Notes under the pieces: model-generated
The model's input: the letters and a program-made list of their open reading frames with translations, nothing else
Told to the model about the DNA's origin: nothing
The model's database searches: none
Part shown: one piece after another, positions 36,701 to 52,055 of the stretch
Position numbering within the stretch: the first letter of the stretch is position 1
Layout of the letters: the number at the start of each line of letters is the position of its first letter
Program-made: the position numbers and the translations under genes
From: Chrysomallon squamiferum
Taxonomy: Eukaryota; Animalia; Mollusca
Length of the DNA stretch: 64,000 nt
Assembly: GCA_012295275.1 (NCBI GenBank)
Contig: CM022665.1
Coordinates: 29,884,001-29,948,000, forward strand
Reading direction: 5' to 3'

Positions 36701-39700
36701 GCTGTATGTACAAAGATGGGTTGACTTCTCCAACATTCTTGTACTGAATTCCTCCATCTTCATTTCCCTGTAATACTGTGTTTGTCACCTTATGGTAATG
36801 GTTGCGATCTACAAAAAAGTTTTCAAAAATGTTACAAATTAAATTAATCATAACTTGTATTAATACTAAATGTTGCTTGCTCAGCAAAATGAAATGTGAC
36901 TTAGCTGTATTATCTTTAAACATTGTTTTAAAAATAAGATGCACATAATCTCAAGTAAATAAATGCTGAAATATTACTAAACATAATAATTAGTAATTTT
37001 GAAAAAATATTATCTAACAATATTTTCTATATTTGAAAAACATTAATACAGTAAAATTAATCTCTTTTTTATTTACCAGGATATGTTTGTCCATCTGGAG
37101 GTAGTGTTACCACTTCAGCAACAAATCCATATATCTCATGTGACATTGAGGCATGAATATGCACTGTAAGAATGTCAGCAGTGCTAGAAAACAACTGTAG
37201 AATTTCAGTCTTTGAAGAATTTGCAAAAATCTGTTTTATCAAGTTCCTTTGGCTTACATCACGGCCATCAAAAATTTCAATAACATTTCGTGAGAAGTCT
37301 TCTTCAAACAGATTCAGTTGCAAGAAACGGATTCCAACTTGTTTGTGCTGCAGAGTGCTACGAATAATTTTCACACAATCTACTGTTTTGTACGAATATT
37401 TGTAATACAAAAGCATTCTATTATCCAGACTTATCTCTTTTTCCATTCGACAAATTTCCACCAAACCATAAACATAATAAGGTATCGTACTTAAACCAAG
37501 AGGTTCAAATGAGGATTCTCTTTTGCTGGAATCTCCATTCAGAATTAGGACATTTATGCCATATCCTAGATTTCCTGAAATATTTTGGTTTTTGATTTCT
37601 AAAACATCTCTAGGAGCTATTATATCATAACCATTGGAAGCGCACTTTGTGATGTTTATATTTCGGAATACTGGTGTTAAATAGGTGGTTTGAATAGCCC
37701 CCACTTTCTCTCCATGCAACATTCCAGCCCCTTCTATATCAACATATTCCATTTCAGAATCTGCTCTCAAATCATAAACTGCTCTCTGTTCTTCCTGATA
37801 CTTCTCAGTTGAGAACCTGATGTTACCCCAGTAATTATTACTTTCAAGGTTTCTGTCTCCACAGGTAACAAATGTGTAGTTAGCAGCAAATATACATGGA
37901 AAAAGATTATAATTGTATCTCTTCATGCACTGATCAAGAGAAGTTTCCTCTCCACTGCAATAATAGGTGTACATCCAAAATTCCTTTCTGAAATAACTGG
38001 GACCTCCATGAATATAATGGTCATATAAATGAGTAAATCGGACTCGAACATTTATAGTTTCCAAACCTAGCTCTCTGCAAACAACTTCTGCTGTTTTCTC
38101 ATTGAACTGGCTATCACACATAAGATTCCAAGATTTTGATGACGTGTTATACAGTTCTAAGAACCCAGCATTTTTAAAAAGTGTTCCCATTCCTCTGAGT
38201 TGAATGTTTTTTGAGGTATTTCCTAAATCCTCAACAGAACGCTTAGATCTGAATTCAGGATCCTTTGCTATCACAGGCAGATCCATATCTGCAGATCTCC
38301 TAGTTCTAGAAGGCTGTAAAGGTCTCAGTTTAATTCTGTTATAAAATAACCCTTTTGCTATCAACCGCCCTAAAACAAGAATGCCTATATTTGGACGAAA
38401 CTGGAGTTCAGTTCCTGGTTGAAGTATGAGTTCTGCTCCAGGCATGATGGTCAGATCTGCATAAACAATGTATGGTTCAGACTGGTAAGGAAGAATGAAA
38501 GAATTCCTAACTCTTCCACCAAGCCTGCTGGGATCAACTGGTCTGTCAACTTTTTCCCCATCAGAAAGATCACTCTCAAAGTCTGCCCGTGTCAGATACG
38601 GTTGATAGTCAGCAATAGCATAATTGTTCCAATCATCGAAATCAAATATCCTTGTTTCAATACCATAAATATCCACCTTTCCCCACCAGTTCTCCTTCAC
38701 ATTCACAGTGCTGCCTAAAGAGAGAGCTGTAGTAGCTGCAACAAACTCATACTCCAAATCAGGATTCTGAAACAGGTTTCTATGAGCAGTCATGTTTTGG
38801 ACACCTCTAAAAGCAATACTGTATGTTTTGGGACTAAACTCTGAACCAGGGGGTCTATCTGCTGGGTTCTTTCTGTTATTTATCACATTATTTCTGTACA
38901 GGATTCCTGAAACAACTTCTGAGTACTCAGAATGACTGATTATGTCCAAATTAATCACATACCGTCCAATATTAGAGGAAAATCTGTTGAGTGATATCTC
39001 CATATTTTTTTCCATTCCAGATATCAACATCAGCCCCAGCCTGCAGACATTACTATCAAACTCATTATTTGTAACTTTAACATCTGCATGAAAACCAGCT
39101 ACAGTAAAAGCAAATTTCTGGTTACTGACTGCTAATGACTGATTGAATAAAACACTGTGCTTTCTTCTTAAATTTTCTTCATCATTAACTCGTGGCAGCT
39201 CCACTTCAAATCCACCTTCACCTGTGCGTTTGATTTCCACCTGAGTCACATACCAGTGCCAAACATTGTTAGCAAAGTCCACATGGTTGTGTTCAGCAAG
39301 AATCCCTTTAGCATTGTCAAAGAATTTACACTGCTGTATCTTGTACTCAATGGTGGCCACTCTCTGTGGTACTGACATTTCCTCCCAGGTTGGGATGTAG
39401 TCATCATTGTACTTAGTAACACTGGGAACATGCATGGCCTCCCTGCGACTGTGATACACATTGACCCGGTCAAACCAGAATGTCTCCAGCTTGTGTCGAT
39501 GATATAACTCCATTCTCAGATTAGAAGGGTTGTTGTAATGCTTAGTAACAATGCCCTGATCGTTGTAGTTAAATGTACAGTTCCTTAAGTAGGTTTTCAA
39601 AACTGGACTAGGAGAACTGTAACTTTCTGTTGAAGAAAACAAAATACAGATCAATTTTTTCTTTATGTATTCCATTCAGCACTGGTTAATAATTTTTTAA

Positions 39701-42700
39701 AGAAATATTAAGCAGTATAGAAATCCTCTAGTTCATTAAAATAATGTGACAATCTCTCACTAAAAGTAAATTTTAATCTGAAACTTCAGAGTAAATATAA
39801 ATATAATTCTAAATTCAATACTAATATTACAACTGTTTTTCTACCCCTTACCTGAAATAGCAGCAAATGCTAGTCGTCCTGACCTTACACCTCTCACATG
39901 ATAGTAGATAGTGAGAACTGAAGAAGCTGACACAACAGGGAAGTCAATCAAATCTCTTTCAATCCTCCAGTGTTTTGTCTTACCTAGACTGACATTAGCA
40001 CGTCTTGCATCATATACAACCACCTCTTCTACATCAGTTGCTGGACTGTAGTCTAAAATCTGGAGAGTCACTTTAAAACTATTTCCCACAGTCAACTCAC
40101 ACCAGTAAACATGATCTTCTGTGGCAGTTCCAGGTTTTGTGGTCAAGAAAATCATCTGTCGATCTCCAATAGCTTTAGTAGGTGACTCTGTGAGTGAAGT
40201 CTGCCTAGAGCTGTGAATGGAATTTCTCACTATCAGAGAGTCATACTCTGAAAAGAATGGATCATGGAGGAAGCCAGCTTTGCCACTGTTAGTAACAGTA
40301 CAATATAGCAGATCCATTCTAGGACTTTTGAGGACAATTCCATTCCCTGCACTGTTGATGACATTGGCATACTCAATGCGGTTTTCACTATATGGATGAT
40401 TGAATTTAATGTGGATGCCATCAGAAAGACAATCCGTGACATTGATGTAGGTCATGGCATAGTAATTATAGTCAATTTGAAGAGCTGGGGTGAAGTGTGT
40501 AGTTTCACTGTCAAGAAGACCAGCATTCTGTAGGAGTATGTGGTTCAGAATGGTGTTACACTGTTGACCATTTCTTGGAGTGGCAGGAAAGGTGATTCCT
40601 GGAAGAAAAATAATACCGCTGGTATATACATATTTGAATTTTTATATATATATATATATATATTGTTTAATTTTCACAAAGTGATGTATAAAAAGATTGT
40701 ATAAAGATGAGGTATCAGAAAGGGATTGTGTAAGGACTATTCTTCAATCAGTTTAAATTACAGGTCATATAATGAAAGCATCCATAAATAACTGATATTT
40801 TTATTTTATATACTTTGTCATTTCAAACAGAATTAATTTAAATTTGTCTATTGTTTTCACCTGCCCACGTTGGACTCTGACACCTGAGAAAGACATCTTT
40901 GTTGTGTGTACACTTAGTCTCATGATCTCGAACTGCTCGACACTTAGTGATGTCTGTGTCTGCCTGCTCACAGTCTACCCAGCTGAGAAACACAGGTGTA
41001 GATGAATCAGCCTGCAAGTGCTGTTCTGCTTTAGGTATATCTGGGTTGTAGATGAGACCAAGCTGCTGACAGGCTATAATAGCATTTTGTTCTGTCCATC
41101 CCTGCCATAATGATAATTACATTTTCAGTTAATAATAGTCTGGGTTCAGTTTTAGACAATTTGATAAAAGATTCTGTGGACCAATATTACAGAAAAGTTA
41201 TCAAACAAGATAATAAATGTATTTTTATTTATTTTTGTTTTAAATTCAATTTAAAAAATGAATTTTATATTGTTTAATGCAATAACAGAATAAAGTAAGC
41301 TCAAATACATGCACAAACATGTATACAAACACACAAGAAGCACTTCTTATATTATATGGTCACCTCATCACACACTGTTCCCCATTCACCATTAATCTCA
41401 ACTTCAAGACGACCTTCAAATTCATCTTTGCCATCAACCAATCGAACAGGGGCAGTCCGATTTTCAATGGGTAATTCATCTGGATCTTCCCGGAGCCTAA
41501 ACTGTATAGTATTAGCCCTGTTATAGCCATCTGCATTCAGACAGCCATGAATAACCATTCCAACAGAGTTATCAAACTCCAGTACTGTTCCTCGAGCCAG
41601 TTTCAATTGTCTGCCAGGAATTATGTAGATGTCTCTATCAACACGATACACAGTGTGAGGTTCTGTATCAAAATTATCTAACTCTAAAATACCACCAATT
41701 GTTTTTCCTCTGACAAATTTCCAGCTGTACTGGGGTACATTGTCACTCAGAATGTTGTTGTACAACCTTTCTGTTTTGAGAACTGGGTAGTACTGGACAT
41801 GGGCCAGATTATATCGGTCATCCTGGTCAAAAATTGCTTCATGAATGACCTCCTGATCATTTCCAATTAGAACCTCAATTCCCCACCAGTTTTCTTTGGC
41901 ATTGATCTCCACAGATGGATCAATAAGATGTGTTGCAATCTGTCTGATGGAGTTTGGATTCTGGATGTTATTTCTCATCAGCTGAACATTCCCAGATGAA
42001 ATGACAATAACAGCATTGGCTCGATTTCGTGGATTCAGATACATGAAGGAATCCTGAATATTATTGTCAACAAACTGATTGAATTTCACATACATATACT
42101 GATTTGAGCTCCCCTGAGTTAGTCTGACATTGAAAGCGTATCTACCAAAATTTTCCTTGAAAGTGTTTTCAAAAACGTTGTATTTCACAGGAAACTGTCT
42201 GTACCATCTGTTGACAAGCAAGTCATAGCCATTATCAATGAGCAAGGCTCCCATGCTGTGATTGGTAAATGTGTTATTAGTCATAATACCAACTGTGTTC
42301 ACAAGTGGCCGTATCAACAGAGCATGACGACGATTCGCATGAAATGTGGTAAAAGCAATAGTAAAGTTTGTACTATATTTGGTTGAGACGTTACATGATA
42401 AATACTCTATTGCTTCATCAAGATTATGCGCAAAATAACTTTCATTGATTTGAGAATGACCACCTCTGCAGTAGTTCCCGACTCGAAGACCTCGCCATTC
42501 ATTGAGCTGGAAGTTACAGCGTACAACCTCTAATCTCTGCTCAGCCTCTATTCGTGTACGATTTAGCTGTAAGTATTCAGTAATCACTCCGTAACCTTTG
42601 TTCTCAATCAGCCTCGTGTTGTTGAGAAGCTGAAAGCCTCCTGAGTATGTTATGTTGATACCACTACCTTGATTCCGTGCAATCAGGGTGTTATTCATAG

Positions 42701-45700
42701 TTACTTCCCCTGCTCCCTGGTAAATGCGGATCCCTGCTCCATACTTGTTGTCACAGACTTCACTTGTGTTGAAGAAAACTTTGCTTCTCATGTCTTGAAC
42801 ACTGACACCATAGCCTGTGTTGTTAGAGACTTCTGAATAAATAAGTCGGAAGTCTTCTTCCATATCTGAAATGTATTTTATTCAAAAATAAATTAAGCTA
42901 AAGAAACGCTAAAAATGTGAGGAAAATTATATAATAACAGAATCATAACTTTTAAATGTTTTGCAGCACACATTTATTATATAAAGTTACATAAAATTCT
43001 ATGTTAAGAGTGATTTTTGTTTTAAAAAGTCTACAATTTCTAAAAATGAAAAAGTATATGCCTTTGTGTTTCTTTATTTAACTTCAATTTTACCATAAAC
43101 AAATACAAATAGTAAACTCACATTAAAGCATACATGCATAGAAATATTTCCAGCTAAATTAGTTACCTTTTGTGGTTCCTAATTCCAGAAGCATCCGAAT
43201 GCAAGGTTTAAATGTTGAACAGATCAAATTATTTGGAATGTCCCACTTGAGACGAATGTGCACTGTTTGAGTTTTGGTGACAACTGACTGTGGAAAACTT
43301 CCATTGGTCACAGGATACACACCAATTAGTGAACCTCTTGATCCTCCATCCCGTATTTCTATTTCAGCTGTGGCTTCAGGATCCCTTATCATTCTTAGGA
43401 AATGAATAGTTACTTTCTTGCCGTTCACGGTTTTGTATTCCTGCAATAAATGTGAAAATGTTTTACTTTTATAACTTAAAAAATTGGTGAAAAAAAAAAA
43501 AGAGAAGAAATAATATATTAATGGTTAATAAAAAAAATTATGTATTTTGTTAATAAAAGTAACTGATTAAATGAATAATGGTTTAATGACACTTTTATTA
43601 TTAAATAGTTATCAGAAATATTTTTGAATAATGAAGATTATGAATAAGGAAACTAATTCACCAGTTCAGCTGCTATTTGTGACAAGAAGTAGCATTTTTA
43701 ACTGTTAAGCTACAATCAACAATAAAAAATATAATTCTGACCACTTATATTTACATACATTATGCAAAATGAATAATTATATATTTCATGTATTTATATG
43801 AATATAAGATTATTTTCAATGGTCTTATTTGAGTTTGATAAATAACTTTATTTCACATTTTTATACCATTTAACATAATAAAAATAATCTGCTTTTGAAA
43901 AATAAGCTTTATATATGTAGTAAGAAGATTTTACACAACACACACAAACACAAAAAAGAAATTTAAAAATATTCAATGTCAGTTTTAATTTGTAGGGCAA
44001 CGTAGTCTGACATTCAAGAATTCTTGTCAGTAAATCAGATCATTAAATTAAAACATGTATATATAGTTTATGTCTTTTAACTATAAATATCTAGTATATT
44101 TAAAAAAAAATAATTTAAAACTGACTTTTGTACTTTACACATTTCTGCTGACATCTTTATATCAATTTAGTTTTCATTATATTACTCCATCAAATAATAA
44201 ATAAAAAATATATACTATTCTAATATCCACAAAAGAGATTAATTTACTTCTGTCTTTTGTTGAAATCTTTGTTGTTTAAAATAATTAAGTTTTCAATATA
44301 TCACCCCAAAAATTAATCAATATCTTTAGAAAATATGTTATTCTAAAATCAACTGAATAAATAATCTTATTTTTTCTTTGTACCTTTCAGTCCTTAAAAT
44401 TATATATATATATTTTAAATATCCTATTCTAATATTAGACAAAGAAATTGTCTTACTCTGTCACAATAATTTCCAGTAGGTTTTTCTCCACTGGTCCCAA
44501 TCACATCTTGGGCTTGAAGCAATGGAAATGTCTGCAGGTATAAGTTGGGAGTTTCACAGAATGAGCTTCTGAATGGGAATCTTTTAGGGAATTCGTGCGA
44601 TGCCAGTGTCAGATTTGTCATGTACATTTTGATTCCATCTCCCCAGTTGTTGGTGACATTAGTCATGTTGACGAGAACTCGCCCAACAGTTGTCTGTATA
44701 AACATACCATAGCCTGAAGAAAAGAAAACATTTCAGTATCACAGGATTTTATTATTTGTAAATTCTAAAGAATTAATTAATATTTCTGATAATTTCCTTT
44801 TCTACTATTGTATAATTTTTATCTTAATATTTAGATCCTTATTTGAAAAAATTATTAAATTATAAAACCATTAAAAATACAAAACAAACCCAATCACCTC
44901 TGTTAAATGAAACAGTTGAGTTAGCTATGTGAATGCTGCCTTCAATTTCAGTCAAATTCAAACCATCATAAGCACAATATTTGATTGTGATGTTGTTCAT
45001 GAGAGGAACATAGGGACTAGCACTAATGGCTGCCCTTTGGTAATTCACACCAAAACCCTTTCCATGAAAGACATCAAGACCAGCATAAAGAATGTCTGTG
45101 TATTCAATCCATGAGTAACTCTGATTGACATAGACATTAGAATCAATATAATCTTCCTTCAGTGTGGAATTGTAGAACTCCAGTCCTCTCCAGTGATCCA
45201 CAGCCAGTCCAGACCTGAGACCTTCACACTCAAACCCGATCAGCTGTTGACCATCTGATATAAAATAAGAAATATTTTTATCATTAAGTTTGATCAGTTT
45301 AACACTTCTTAAAATAAAAGTAACTTCACAGTTACAGCGTATGTTTAAAACATATTTGGTAAACATTTATAATTCTGAATGAACAACAAAGTAAATGTCA
45401 CAAAGAGTGGAATATTACAGTATTATGAACTGTGACATTAGTTTTCATGATGTTAGTATCCAGTTCCTCTTAATATATTATGCATTTAAATTATATAAAT
45501 CTTTTGCGGTTTTTTGTACAGGTTTATTTATATGTGTAATAGTACAGTCCTTAGACTGATGCTGTTAGTTCATATTTTCCTATTTCTCTTAATATTATTA
45601 CATATTTATGATCTATAAATCTGTGGGGTGTTTTCTTTGTATTTTTTTTTTTTTTTTTTTGTAAGAGTTTATTCAGAAATAATACATAATATATTAATAA

Positions 45701-45926
45701 TATATTAAAACAAACCAGGCCATTGGATTTCAAACTGTGGATAGTTAGTGCTTTCATTTAGATTTCAACAGTGAAATTTGTATCCTTACATTTGCCATTA
45801 TTATAAAGAATGCTTAGACAATGCAAGTATTATATATTACAAGGAGATGCACACTTTTAATGATCTTGATATCAGGGAAATCAATTGTAGTAAACTTTAC
45901 ATTGAATTTAGCAAATATTTAGCCAG

Positions 45927-45962
<36 letters not shown>

Positions 45963-48900
45963 TATTTGTAATTGACACATTTAAAAAAAATAATAATAAT
46001 AATAAAAGATCTAAAAACATTTAACAAAAACAAATGTTCTAAATACAATTAAGAATGTTTGATAAAATGTTTACAAATAATTTTTAAAAACTTTATTTAT
46101 AAGCTAGAGCATTTTTAATATCATTAACTGAATCTAGGAGAAAATATTTCCTCTTCTGTCATACAGTAATACAAGTTTATGAATGGATTTGTTGGTACTT
46201 ACCACAAATATGAACTCCAGTAACAATTGAAGACACTCCAGGACACTGAAACAAGCTGTTTTCATGTCCTGCACAGTCTGGCTTCTCAAATAACATATAG
46301 TCTGTGTAGTTCCTTGCAAATGAGTGGTATGTGAAGTTACCCTTCAGAAAACCAAGATGTCGACACGTGACATTGGCATCAATTTCAGTATAGCTAAAAA
46401 ATAATATCTATATTAGCACCAAACCCCAGAAATAAATCTTTATAAAAGTAAAGCATAAGTATTTATTAATTTTAAAGTAAAATGTCCAGTGAACAGTTAT
46501 TTCATGGGATTAAATTCAGAAACTCGAAAATTTTAAGTGCTCCAAAAATAATACCTTCAATAACAATATTTTTAACATAAGTAATGCTATTTCCAATCTA
46601 AAGTGAATATGAATAAAAACATGAAACATCCTTAGAAAATATCACAAAATAAACAACATTAATATATTTTAAATTTCAGTTATTTACTTGCAATCAAAAC
46701 AGTAAATAATATTTTCTTTATTCATTCAAGATAAATAATAATCATAATCATAAATAACTAAATAATTAAATAAATAAATAAAAATAAAAAACTGACCAGG
46801 CACTGTTACTTACTTCTTATAGTTTGTACAAATTCCTCTCCACTTTCCTTGATAAAGAAGATCAAGTCGGCCATCTTGTGTGGTGTTCCCATCTACCAAT
46901 CTAGCATCATCTTGCCAGTCACCACTAGGAGCTCCAGGATCTCCCCCAACATTTTTTGTCATCAGAATTCTGCCTGCTGGTCCATCACTACCCTGAAGTG
47001 ATACATTTTTATATTTGATATATTCCAGTAATTAAATCTGTAAGTGTTTGGTTTAATTAATGTCCGGCAGACAAATAATAATAAAACAACAACAACAACA
47101 ATAATAATAATAATAACCTTAATTTAAAACTGACAATATATTTGAACTTTTGAAGGAATCAATATAAATTAATTTATTAATCAAATAATAGGAGTCTAGC
47201 AGGAAAGACATGAGGAAAGTTTAGTGGGAATTAGCTGGAACAGGAAATGTGATTCAAGACTGAGAATAAAACTTTGAATTCAAAACAAAAGTCTAAAGAC
47301 ACCAAACTTGAGGATCAAGAATTTTTTTTATCCTATTATTTAGTCAAACTTTGGATTCCTGACATTTTATGTTTTAACACATTTAGCAAGCCACAGTCAA
47401 ATTTAAAGTAAATTTCTCAAACTACAGAACAAATATTTAAGATGCTGTGCTAACACACACAGCTCACTGTCCATGTTGGTAGTCTAGTCAGGTGTACTGC
47501 TCGAAAATGAAGAAAAACACAATTATGCTAACTGAGTTAATTCCTGTATACAGATACACAGGAAATACACCATAATGTTAAATATATCTGTATTGCTAAG
47601 GTCTAAAGTATGGTTGTATAACCTAAACTGAATGTGATAATAGTTCATTAGGTAAGAATGTCTAAAATTTCAAAAAAGAAAAAGAAAATGTATGAACCAT
47701 AAAGTCAGAATTACAAAATGTAACATTTAAATAACCAATACTATAGACATGATTATGTAATCATAATTTTCCATATGAGTCCTCATTAGTTATTTGTCAA
47801 GAAGGATATCTCAGTTTAGTGAGAAGGAATAAATACATAAATAACAAAGATAATTATAATAATTGTAATAATAAATGAAGATGACACTAATAATTATAAT
47901 AATATATTACTAAATATCAACAACATGCTGCTTTAACTCAGAAATAGACTCTGTGTCTTAAAATATGGGGAACAAACAAACCAAAAAAAGAACATCTGAT
48001 TATTGTTTTAAAAAAAAATACCACTTTGACATCAGATAATTATTTATAGTGGTGAATAACACTTTAAAAGTTATATTTCAGTTATAAGAGTGAAGTTTAC
48101 TGCAGGAAATATAAATTATAAATGTCTGTAATTTTGACATAGAATCCAATCTAAGGAATAGAGTAACACAATAATTTCATATAAATCTTAAATTTGTTAA
48201 ATATGAAACAGACTTAAGATATATATATGACACTGAATGTATTTCTCCTGTTACTAACATATACAAAGAATAATAAAAAATAAAAAAATAGTTAAAAATA
48301 TCCAAAACAGTAACAATAAAAATGTTGTTGTTGTTTTGGGGGGGGGGTTAAATAACAAAAAAAAAAAATTATTTAAAAATTGTATTTTCAAAATTAATAG
48401 CTATCAAATATAAAGTTTAGAAAGCTATATATGTTTATAAATATATATTCATTTGTTAAACAAATTTTATGCACATTATTTTACCTTTTACATGTTAATT
48501 TCTTCTTTTATTTTATTCAATTTTTAAAGCTCTTGCTACACTTCTAAAAGAAATTTTCCCATGAGTCATGTAATGCTGTTAAGACATTAAATACATTCAC
48601 AAACATGCACAATATCCACTAAAATATATTTTTCTTTTTTCCACTAAACACAAGAAAATGAACAGGGACCAAAAACACGTACAAATCCCAAGATATTTAT
48701 TAGTTAATTTTTACAATAAAGAAAAATTAATAATTGCAATAAAATAATTGTAAAAATATACATTAAAAAAACCTCTATTAATGTATTTGGTCTGGTGAAT
48801 TATCCAGACTGTTGAAAATAAAAATTATTTTTTAAAAAACGAAAATGAAAATCTGTTTTAAAATCTTCTCACTGTTAATCCTTATTATCATAAAAAGGAA

Positions 48901-50377
48901 AAGCTTGTTAAGTCTAGTTAGTAAATGGAAACAAAAAACAAACTGGATTATTATTAAACAATTGTAACAAAAGACTATTAAATAGTATTGTTATAAACAG
49001 ATTTAAACGTAATACACTTGCTGTCACTAATGGACTGAAAACAGATACTTAAAAAAAAAAAAGTTTTAAAAGCATTAAAGGACTTTTAATGCATTTAGTT
49101 GGCCATTTTGAAACTACTTAAATGCCCCCTCCAAAAAAATTGCCAACTGTAATTTAAAAAAAGTAAAAATTGTTATACATAATACAGCAAAAATAAAAAG
49201 CTTGAAACTACTAATTTTCAATTTCAAGAATAAGTACCATAAATTGCTAAATGCACAATATCCATCAATATAGCAGTGACCCGCTTACCAAGTAAATGGG
49301 TAAATGAAATTGCACTTAAAAACATATAACATACATGTGGTTTTTAATACAAAATAAAGAATGTGGTCCTTTTATGACTGTGTGAACAGAAATTCCAGAT
49401 AAACAAAAAGAATTTTGGTTTAAGCAGTAAATTGTAGATATGCAAAATCAAAAATTTAAATAACAAAGCATTGCCCTTAAATCATTAAATGTTACTAATA
49501 TATTAGACAGCTGCCTTATAAATCTAATATTAGTGCCAGCCCTGTTTGTCTGAGTATAAAGTTAAAAAATAATAAATCTGTGAAGTAAATTATAACTGGT
49601 ACAGATTCATATCAGGATGGTTTACCACCTAACTGGGCTGCTGATGCTGAACAGTTCTTTATTATCTATGTATAATAGTAGTGAGTAAAGTCATCCTATT
49701 TTGATTAACTGAATTTTGATCTGTTGATAACATGATATGAGTTAAGTACTTTTGTTATTACTGTTGTTTGTTTATTTAACTTATCAGAACTGTCAAATGT
49801 ATTTGATTGATTCTGAGCAGAGGAATTTCCAGGTAAGAAAGAAATGAACTAATGTAGCTAATAAATGTTTTAACTTGTAAACAAGCACCAAAAAAGGCTT
49901 GAACAGAAACGTTTCATGTTAAGTATGTGTCATGTGCATGTGTTACTTATGAGGTTATGCATGAATCATAAAAATGATTGGTTATAAATGTTGTTTATAA
50001 CTCACCCTTGATATGAGTGTCCCATTAACAAGAATTCCATAACCTGGCCCAAATTTAAGCACACAACCTGGTTCAATGTACAGACATCCAGTTGGTGCTA
50101 TTTCAATGTTGCCGTTGATGATATGTGGATTGTTTATGGTCATCAGTGCACGGCGATCTCTGATGATACCCCCACCTGGATATGTAGCGACGAATGGATT
50201 TCTGCAGTGTTGGGCAATATGGTCAAGAAACCAGACTATTCCATCTGATATAACTGGTTTGTTACCTTCCCTTGGGGGTGGCGTCACAAGATTGTTTCCT
50301 GCCCCCGACGAAAGTTTCACTGTTAGTACGAACAATAGATAGAAACAAATTTCTGGAGCTGTTCGAATATTTCCCAT
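33061..50377 (-). CDS. bark: Protein bark beetle / anakonda homolog (SRCR, CUB-like and beta-helix repeats, C-type lectin, single TM), 15 exons, about 3,093 aa if a 1-nt frameshift in the last exon is corrected
   Basis: Exons 50377-50006, 46992-46814, 46393-46203, 45254-44898, 44713-44457, 43440-43167, 42865-41364, 41101-40861, 40598-39852, 39626-37077, 36808-36136, 35848-35694, 35445-35351, 34939-34732, 34540-33061; all phases agree. Features: signal peptide; three SRCR starts (ARLVDGNTTQDGRLDL, VRLVDGKDEFEGRLEV, IQLRG...AGFLEL); repeated NWWG and N-x-G-x-G-I beta-helix motifs; C-type lectin (CAPGWKLDTGRCY...FICE); TM AIGIGVGVGGTIVIVVLIITILWLI; C-terminal ETEI. Confidence 0.92.
33760..33791 (-). 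repeat. Coding (GAT)n repeat giving poly-Asp in the bark cytoplasmic tail
   Basis: (TCA)n on the + strand, about 10 units, read as DDDDDDDDDD. Confidence 0.9.
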
Positions 50378-52055
50378 GTTTCCTTTCTTCGTTTAAAACA
50401 TTCACAGTCTATCAGCCATCGTCAGTTTCATAATCCCATTATCATGATTATGATACATGTATATCGATAAACATGTCAACTGCATCAAAGGTGTTATTTT
50501 TGGGATAATTTATGTATGAAACAATAGTACTGCTCCTATTTCCTTAAAATTATTGTGATGTCAGTTACCTGTCCCTTATTGAATTCTCGTTTGAAATCTC
50601 GTTAGCTATGTAGGTCAATAGGCTGTCGTTACAGGTGAGAGAGTTTGTCACATGACTAAAATGACATATTTTTTTTTTTTTTAGTTATTTTTTTAAATAA
50701 CAGGGTGCTTGCTGCAGATACTAACAAATTTATTATCCACTAGCGCGTTGGGTGAATTTTTTTTATTATTATTATTTTTTCTCTGTATAAAGTTATAAAT
50801 CATATTCTATACTGATTTTAAATTATTTAGTTGTCTATCTAATATTTAAAAAAAACAAAAGAAAAAAAAAAATGTCATATAGTAGGTACCGGCAGGCAAA
50901 TTTGTTCTGACTTTAATTTCAATAATATGCACACAAAAAAAGCACATAATGAATGCTGTAGCAAAAAGAATGAAAACACACAAAACATTATGAATCTATC
51001 TCCAGCGATAAAGAAGATATATGCAAATCGGTACGACAGGTATTTGGTTGTTTTTTAGCCCTATTTTGGCTATTTAGCAGAAAGGGCTATTTTGGTGTGT
51101 TCACAATAACATGCTAAACATGCCAACATCTTCAAAATGACACACGGCAGAATGACTAAAAGTTCAAATAGACACTGTGGTTTCAGATTTTGTCTTATCT
51201 GACAAATTCAACCTGCGTTGTGAACAATTTATCAAGATCTTTCAAATGACATACTTGAATTTAACATTTGTAATAAATAAATTAAAAAAAACTTCTGCCA
51301 AGCCCATAAAAACAATTACCTTTTCAGTTTATATAGAACAGGACAACTTTATTTTCACTCTGTTAAATAATTGGTAGTGTATATAAATACTGTGATGTGT
51401 ATATATATAAATGTTACTTAAAAGGTCTACAAGCATTTGATGTTTAACCATAATCCTTTGCAATACATGAACTCAGCTAATCCTTGGAGTTAACTCCAGA
51501 AAGGTGTTGCAGGTATTAATCAGGGACAGTAAAATATATGTAATCATGAGGCTATAGGCAATAAAGACACAGGTGTTATAAGCCTGTCACATGAAGCAAA
51601 CATAAAATAATTTTCTTAGCTTTGTACTTGCTGTGATTTGACAGCAAACAAAAGTTATCTATCATCTAACCATTGTTGAAATTTTTCTGATAGAGCTTAT
51701 CAACAAGCAAAAATAATGTTTTAAAACTGATCAATTTATGATTTTATATATTTTTTAAAAAGTTATTTTTATTCAGCATTCCATCAATACCTCTTAATAC
51801 ATTGTTCTGTTATGTTGTATAGTTTGTTATGTTTACGATTCTTAATTCAAAGCTTATTGCAAGAATTTTGAAAGCAAAATAATCGACGGTTTTAAATTGA
51901 AGATAGTATTCGGAAAAACAATGTTAATTCGTTTATTTCAGAATGCGATTTCGCTACGCACGTGCTATAATGTATACACTAAAAGTAGGAACATTGAAGA
52001 AAAACAAACAGCCAACAAGTTATCAAAAATATAAACAACGTATAAATATAATAAC

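Noticed and set aside
49270-49545. hAT-like end (CAGCCCTG) in bark intron 1
   Set aside because: No matching opposite terminus or target-site duplication was found.
26634-50342. Many 60-140 aa ORFs antisense or off-frame to ETAA1 and bark exons, including the His-rich 33920-34120
   Set aside because: They are shadows of real coding exons and of GAT-rich codons, with no independent splice or motif support.
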